A stretch of 64,000 bases of DNA, from the NCBI GenBank assembly GCA_963767735.1, contig CAVYES010000003.1:1-64000 (forward strand), given 5' to 3'. The notes beneath the pieces were generated by a model. That model made no database searches. It was not told the origin of the DNA and saw only the letters and a list, made by a program, of their open reading frames with translations. A program made the translations under genes and the position numbers. The stretch comes from Candidatus Bathyarchaeota archaeon (GTDB lineage Archaea; Thermoproteota; Bathyarchaeia; Bathyarchaeales; Bathycorpusculaceae). Below, in pieces: positions 59,296 to 64,000 of the stretch. Position 1 is the stretch's first letter; each line of letters starts with the position of its first letter.

Positions 59296-62079
59296 ATGCG
59301 AAATTTAAAAAGTAAATCTTTAGCTATTTTGATTGCAGCAATTTTAACACTTTCAATGGGAACTTCAATGATGCTAATACCAAGCGTGCACGCGCAGACG
59401 TCGTCAGGTACTATTCCAGTGTTCGCCTACATCAGTGCGGCACCTAACCCAACAGGAGTCGGTCAACAAGTCGAAATCATCATGTGGCTTCAAGTGGTTT
59501 TCGGAGGCTATGCGGCTGGTACGGCAACATTAGACAATAATTATCGATTCATGAATGACTTTGAACTCACCGTTACTTCGCCAGGTGGTGCAAATACAAG
59601 CACTACTTTTGGCACTGTTACAAGCCCAACATCGGACTATGACTATTTCTACACTCCTACCGTGACTGGCACGTACACCTTCACCTTCAATTTCCTAGCA
59701 ACAAACATAACTTCCACCAATGATCCCGCCGCCGGACCCCTTATCGGCGATGAGTATCTACCAGCGACTGCATCAACAACCCTCACTGTTCAGTCAACAG
59801 CAATAGCCCCACTTCAGTCAGCTCCGCTTCCGACCACGTTCTGGACACGACCTATATACGGGGAAAATACCGCATGGTACACTATTGCGTCAAACTGGCT
59901 GGGTACCGGTTCGCCTGGCTATGTACCGAACGGCGGCGGACCCAATTTGGGAGGCAACGGGGAAGAGTTCGGCTCAACGACCAACGTAGGGCCTCTCACT
60001 TCTCATGTCATGTGGACTATGCCTATTGCGCCCGGCGGAATCGTTGGACAAACTGCCACCACAATACCGGCAAACACTTACGCCGATGGATCTGCATACG
60101 ATCAAAAATTCGACAATCCCATAATTGTTGACGGAATGCTCATCTTCACAGAACCAATCAGTCAAACTGAACCCTCAAGCGGACCGACCGTCTGCGTTAA
60201 CCTACAAACAGGAAAGCAAATCTGGTCAGGCGCTGGTGCTGCTACCCCTCATAACCCTGTACCTGCAATATCATTCGCCTACGTATACGACCCCGAAGAC
60301 CCCAACCAACACGGAGTTTGGCCACCAATGCTGGTTTCGAGTGGATGGGACTTTTTTGATGCTTTCACAGGAGACGCACTATTTAACGTAACAAACATTC
60401 CAGGGCAAGGATTTTTTGGACCTGCTGCCAATGCAGCATCAATGCTGGGTCCGTCAGGCGAAATTCTGATAACGACCATCACTAACTATGGGAATGCGAC
60501 GAATCCAAATTGGTATCTGCAAGAATGGAATTCATCCAGACTTTGGGAAAACCTATACAGTGGTCCATCTACAACGCCAACCTTGCCTCCGCCGATAACC
60601 AACGGAGCCACCACAATGTTAGTAAACGGAATTCACCAAGTCGCAGCAGACGACTTTAACGTTTCGATACCTTGGCTCAACACTGCAACGCTCAACGGCG
60701 CGCCTATAGGATCCATAACCACTCCCGCAGCTGTCCAAAATGGTGTGTTGCTTTGTTACGCTGGTTTTCTGCCCTCAGAGGGTGAAAACTTATTCTTTGG
60801 TGCAGCAAGCCAAACTCCCTATGAATTCTTTGGCATCGGCCTCAACGCAACTGGCCTCTTCGAACCTGTCAACGGCGGAGCAACAACTACAGCTGGATCT
60901 GTTAATCTAGGTACGGAGCTATGGTCAAACACGCTTCAACCGCCAACAAACGACCTCACTGTCCTATGGGCTGGAATCGACCCAGTTACCAATGTCTTCG
61001 TTCTAAACTACAGGGAAACTGTCCAGTTTGTCGGGTTCAGTTTGCTTACAGGCAAGCAAATTTGGGGTCCAACCACACCACAAGCGCCACTTGATTACTA
61101 TGGCTCAGACGGGTCAGGCAGTATAAGCGATACAATTGCTTACGGCAACATCTACAGCAGCGCCTACGCAGGAATAGTCTACTGCTACAGCGACACGACC
61201 GGAAATCTAGTGTGGACCTACGGCAACGGCGGAGAAGGCAACAGCACAAACTCTGGTGTTGAAACTCCATTCGGTTATAACCCAACCTTCGTAAGTGCTA
61301 TCGGTTCAGGAGTAGTATACACGATTACGACCGAGCACACTGAGGAAGAACCGATTTTCAAGGGTGCAGTCGCAACTGCTTTAAATGCAACAACTGGACA
61401 ACAAATCTGGACTCTTTCGGATTACACAGGCGAATTCCTAGCTGGTAGCTACGCCATCGCAGACGGCTATTCAGTATTCAATAACGGCTACGACAACTCA
61501 ATCTACACTGTAGGCCAAGGACCTAGCGCAGCCACCGTACAGGCACCACAGACCGCTATTACAGCAGGTACCAACGTTGCTATACAAGGAACAGTGATGG
61601 ATACTTCTGCAGGCACGCAACAAACTCAACAGTTAGCTGACTTTCCACATGGCGTTCCATGCGCATCTGACGCAAGCATGACTCAATGGATGGAATACGT
61701 TTACGATCAGCAACCAGAACCAACCAACTTCACAGGCGTAACAGTAACTTTAACCGCCATTGACCCCAACGGCAACTTCGTTACCCTCGGCACCGCCACA
61801 AGTGATTCAAGCGGCTTATACCACCTCACTTGGACTCCTCCGAGCATTCCAGGAACCTACTTAGTCACTGCAACTTTCGCTGGCAACAACGGCTACTACG
61901 GATCAAGCGCACAAACTACCATGGTCGTGCAAAACGCGCCTTCAGCTACCAGTTCACCTACACCCGCTCCAGCATCAAACACTAATACATACGTCTTAGG
62001 CCTAGGTATCGCTATCATAATCGTAATCATAGTAGTCGGCGCCGTATTGGCATTGCTAATGCTAAGAAAAAAACCATAA
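59296..62079 (+). CDS. PQQ-like beta-propeller surface protein (paralog 3)
   Basis: Same architecture; ATG 59296 matches the paralog 1 N-terminus (track start 59242). Confidence 0.9.
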   Translation: MRNLKSKSLAILIAAILTLSMGTSMMLIPSVHAQTSSGTIPVFAYISAAPNPTGVGQQVEIIMWLQVVFGGYAAGTATLDNNYRFMNDFELTVTSPGGANTSTTFGTVTSPTSDYDYFYTPTVTGTYTFTFNFLATNITSTNDPAAGPLIGDEYLPATASTTLTVQSTAIAPLQSAPLPTTFWTRPIYGENTAWYTIASNWLGTGSPGYVPNGGGPNLGGNGEEFGSTTNVGPLTSHVMWTMPIAPGGIVGQTATTIPANTYADGSAYDQKFDNPIIVDGMLIFTEPISQTEPSSGPTVCVNLQTGKQIWSGAGAATPHNPVPAISFAYVYDPEDPNQHGVWPPMLVSSGWDFFDAFTGDALFNVTNIPGQGFFGPAANAASMLGPSGEILITTITNYGNATNPNWYLQEWNSSRLWENLYSGPSTTPTLPPPITNGATTMLVNGIHQVAADDFNVSIPWLNTATLNGAPIGSITTPAAVQNGVLLCYAGFLPSEGENLFFGAASQTPYEFFGIGLNATGLFEPVNGGATTTAGSVNLGTELWSNTLQPPTNDLTVLWAGIDPVTNVFVLNYRETVQFVGFSLLTGKQIWGPTTPQAPLDYYGSDGSGSISDTIAYGNIYSSAYAGIVYCYSDTTGNLVWTYGNGGEGNSTNSGVETPFGYNPTFVSAIGSGVVYTITTEHTEEEPIFKGAVATALNATTGQQIWTLSDYTGEFLAGSYAIADGYSVFNNGYDNSIYTVGQGPSAATVQAPQTAITAGTNVAIQGTVMDTSAGTQQTQQLADFPHGVPCASDASMTQWMEYVYDQQPEPTNFTGVTVTLTAIDPNGNFVTLGTATSDSSGLYHLTWTPPSIPGTYLVTATFAGNNGYYGSSAQTTMVVQNAPSATSSPTPAPASNTNTYVLGLGIAIIIVIIVVGAVLALLMLRKKP

Positions 62080-62332
62080 GCTAAAGAAGCCAAACAAAAA
62101 AATACTTTCCCTTTTCTTTTTTTAGTCATATCAAAGCATCGGAGAAGAAAACAGGTCTGAGAAGACTCTGGTTAAATTCACGAAAAGCAATCACTTTTGG
62201 ATTTTAAGTGGTCTAAACCATAAGTAACAGCCTAAGTGAATGATTATCAAAAACTTTAACACTAACCAACAAAAAAAGTCGGTGCATAGGGATTAAATTC
62301 TAATACATTCTGTTTGGCTTTTTGCTTGTAAT

Positions 62333-62944
62333 TTATTCGTTTTCTTCTTCTTGTGTTTCTTCTTGTGGTTGGGCGGTTTCTGCTTTTTGTGCGTCGCTTG
62401 AGAGTAGCATGTTGATTAGTGCTTTTTGGTCTACTTCTGCCCTTGTTCTCCAATCCAGATATATCTGTCCATTGTCATCTTGCCCTAAGTAGCCGTAGCG
62501 AATGTAGCGTTCGATGTTTAAGCCGACTTTCCAGTTGGGCATTTTCTCGGCAAGCAGTTTTTCAACGTCTTTTCGTGCTGCCTGCCTTTTCTTGCTAATT
62601 ATGTACGAGATTGTTATAGCTAAGCCAGCTAAATCGTCAATGTGCCAACCCATCAACTTATCCTTTGTCGCCAAGTCGCCACGTAGCGCAACATAGAATC
62701 TTGCTTTATCCAGCTCATCTAAAGTTGGCTTTTCCGGAGTTTTCTCCTCTTCAAAAACCGTTTTAACCTGCAGATCCAGCGGTTTTAGGTAATCGTCAAG
62801 CAGATCAAGCACTTTGGGGTAATCTGAACCTAAACCTTTACGCAGCTCCCAGCCTTTAACGCCTGGTTTCTGATGGCGCTTGTAGAAGAGCATCTGCGTT
62901 GCTTTCTTGATTTTGCCGCCGTAAACGCCTTTTCTTTTGCTCAA
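62333..62944 (-). CDS. Putative KITE (tandem winged-helix; Nse1/Nse3/ScpB-like) SMC subunit
   Basis: Third gene of the SMC operon; ERYIRYGYL..IYLDWRTRAEV resembles the Nse1/MAGE WH-B end. TTG 62944 overlaps the upstream stop (track start 62974). Confidence 0.55.
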   Translation of the reverse strand: MSKRKGVYGGKIKKATQMLFYKRHQKPGVKGWELRKGLGSDYPKVLDLLDDYLKPLDLQVKTVFEEEKTPEKPTLDELDKARFYVALRGDLATKDKLMGWHIDDLAGLAITISYIISKKRQAARKDVEKLLAEKMPNWKVGLNIERYIRYGYLGQDDNGQIYLDWRTRAEVDQKALINMLLSSDAQKAETAQPQEETQEEENE

Positions 62945-63768
62945 TTCAATTCGCCTCTTTTCCATTTCTGCCAATCTTCACATGAGACGGCGATGGGCAC
63001 CGATGTTGACTGCTGCGTTAAAAGTTCTGTTCTGGGTTTGTCGAAGGGTTTTATGAAAACAAGTTCTTCTAACCTGTCAATCTCCAACGTTGCATAGCCG
63101 TAGGTAACCAAAAAACTTGTTAAGAAAGCTCTTTGAACTGTTTCTTCGTATGTGTCCGCCCCGATAAAATCCCAATAATGGAGTTTTCCATCCTGCCCTT
63201 TCTTAGCCGCGCAGTCTTTGAGTTCTTGCCAGTAACAGTTCAATTCATCAGAAAATTCTCTGTCACCTAAAACTCGCTGCTTAATCAGTTCTTCCCTGCT
63301 TGCAAAACCCATCGAAACTTCAGCTGCACTAATGTCTTTCCATCTTTCACTGATTGGAGCTAACGCTTCCCAGTAGAGTAATCCTTGGGCTAAAGTGTTG
63401 AGGCTGATTTGTTCAAACTCGATTAGCGGATTCCACGCTTTAAGAAAAACGTTAACCATCTCTTGCTTTCCAATTTGCAAGATTTTTTCTTCCAGCAAAA
63501 ACGGGTCAGTATAAAGCGAAGTTGACCGCTGCTTGACCCATTCACTCTGCATCTTTATCACTGAGGCTAAATGGTGGAGAGCTTCAGCGTCCAGCTTTAG
63601 CTCGTCGGGATGTTCCCAATGCGGGAAATACTCTCTAACTATTTTGATTATTTCGTCAACATTTAGCGTGAAGGGGTCTGCTGTGTGGTTTTCGATGGCG
63701 ATGCACATTTCAATTACGCGCTCCAGCCTTTCTTTGCCAAGCGCCTTGTGCTGTTTTGTTGCCTGCAT
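62941..63768 (-). CDS. Putative kleisin (ScpA/Nse4-like)
   Basis: DPFTLNV N-terminal motif, A..L..LA.VIKMQS, and C-terminal ETVQRAFLTSFLVTYG WH; coupled to the SMC gene. Confidence 0.65.
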   Translation of the reverse strand: MQATKQHKALGKERLERVIEMCIAIENHTADPFTLNVDEIIKIVREYFPHWEHPDELKLDAEALHHLASVIKMQSEWVKQRSTSLYTDPFLLEEKILQIGKQEMVNVFLKAWNPLIEFEQISLNTLAQGLLYWEALAPISERWKDISAAEVSMGFASREELIKQRVLGDREFSDELNCYWQELKDCAAKKGQDGKLHYWDFIGADTYEETVQRAFLTSFLVTYGYATLEIDRLEELVFIKPFDKPRTELLTQQSTSVPIAVSCEDWQKWKRGELN

Positions 63769-64000
63769 TACGCTGTTACCTCACGCACCACTGATTTTCC
63801 TTCAAGATTCTGAACCGTAATCACGTTAGCATCTTGCTGGGCAAAGGTGATTTGGCTTGGAGTAATTACAACGTATTGGGCGTTTGCATCTTTAATCATG
63901 GAGAGGAGGATTTTCGCGATCATTTCGCGGTTTTTAGGGTCCATGTGAATGTCGTATTCGTCGACTGCTCGGAACGGGGAGCGTACATGCTGCTGCAAGG
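63768..64000 (-). CDS. SMC-family ATPase, C-terminal head (partial; Smc5/6-like)
   Basis: SPFRAVDEYDIHMDPKNRE Walker B/D-loop and QYVVITP; frame runs off the right edge. Confidence 0.85.
   Translation of the reverse strand, partial: LQQHVRSPFRAVDEYDIHMDPKNREMIAKILLSMIKDANAQYVVITPSQITFAQQDANVITVQNLEGKSVVREVTA

Noticed and set aside
50126-62079. Diversity-generating retroelement acting on the propeller genes
   Set aside because: No reverse transcriptase in the window and no template/variable repeat pair with adenine-only differences.

Overview
Archaeal chromosomal DNA, most consistent with a Bathyarchaeia-like (TACK) genome. That assignment is inferred from a single fused RpoA, a BHB-intron tRNA, a CdvA-like protein, a tungsten AOR, an MptN/RimK-like ligase and many membrane-anchored PQQ-like beta-propellers. 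Core genes are valS, nadX, glpX, aor, pepF, rpoB-rpoA-rpl30e-nusA, tRNA-Lys(UUU) and an intron-containing tRNA-Leu(CAA). Accessory content includes two ABC exporters with divergent regulators, toxin-antitoxin modules, an IS200 element, an orphan DNA methyltransferase, a multicopper oxidase and three paralogous surface proteins. Main observations: (1) a dispersed non-coding element in four copies, a conserved ~50-bp leader followed in exact register by a locus-specific 10-bp-period array, two copies leading into a double-AbrB gene or its relic; (2) a TPP riboswitch over an unusual ECF-S/methyltransferase/AIR-synthase-like/thiE operon; (3) an Smc5/6-like SMC + kleisin + KITE operon at the right edge; (4) a tightly coupled virus/plasmid-like operon next to tRNA-Lys; (5) mosaic beta-propeller paralogs. 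Two frameshifts in the essential rpoA gene show the assembly has indel errors, so other single-base frameshifts need caution. No database searches or folding programs were run; family calls come from motif recognition.
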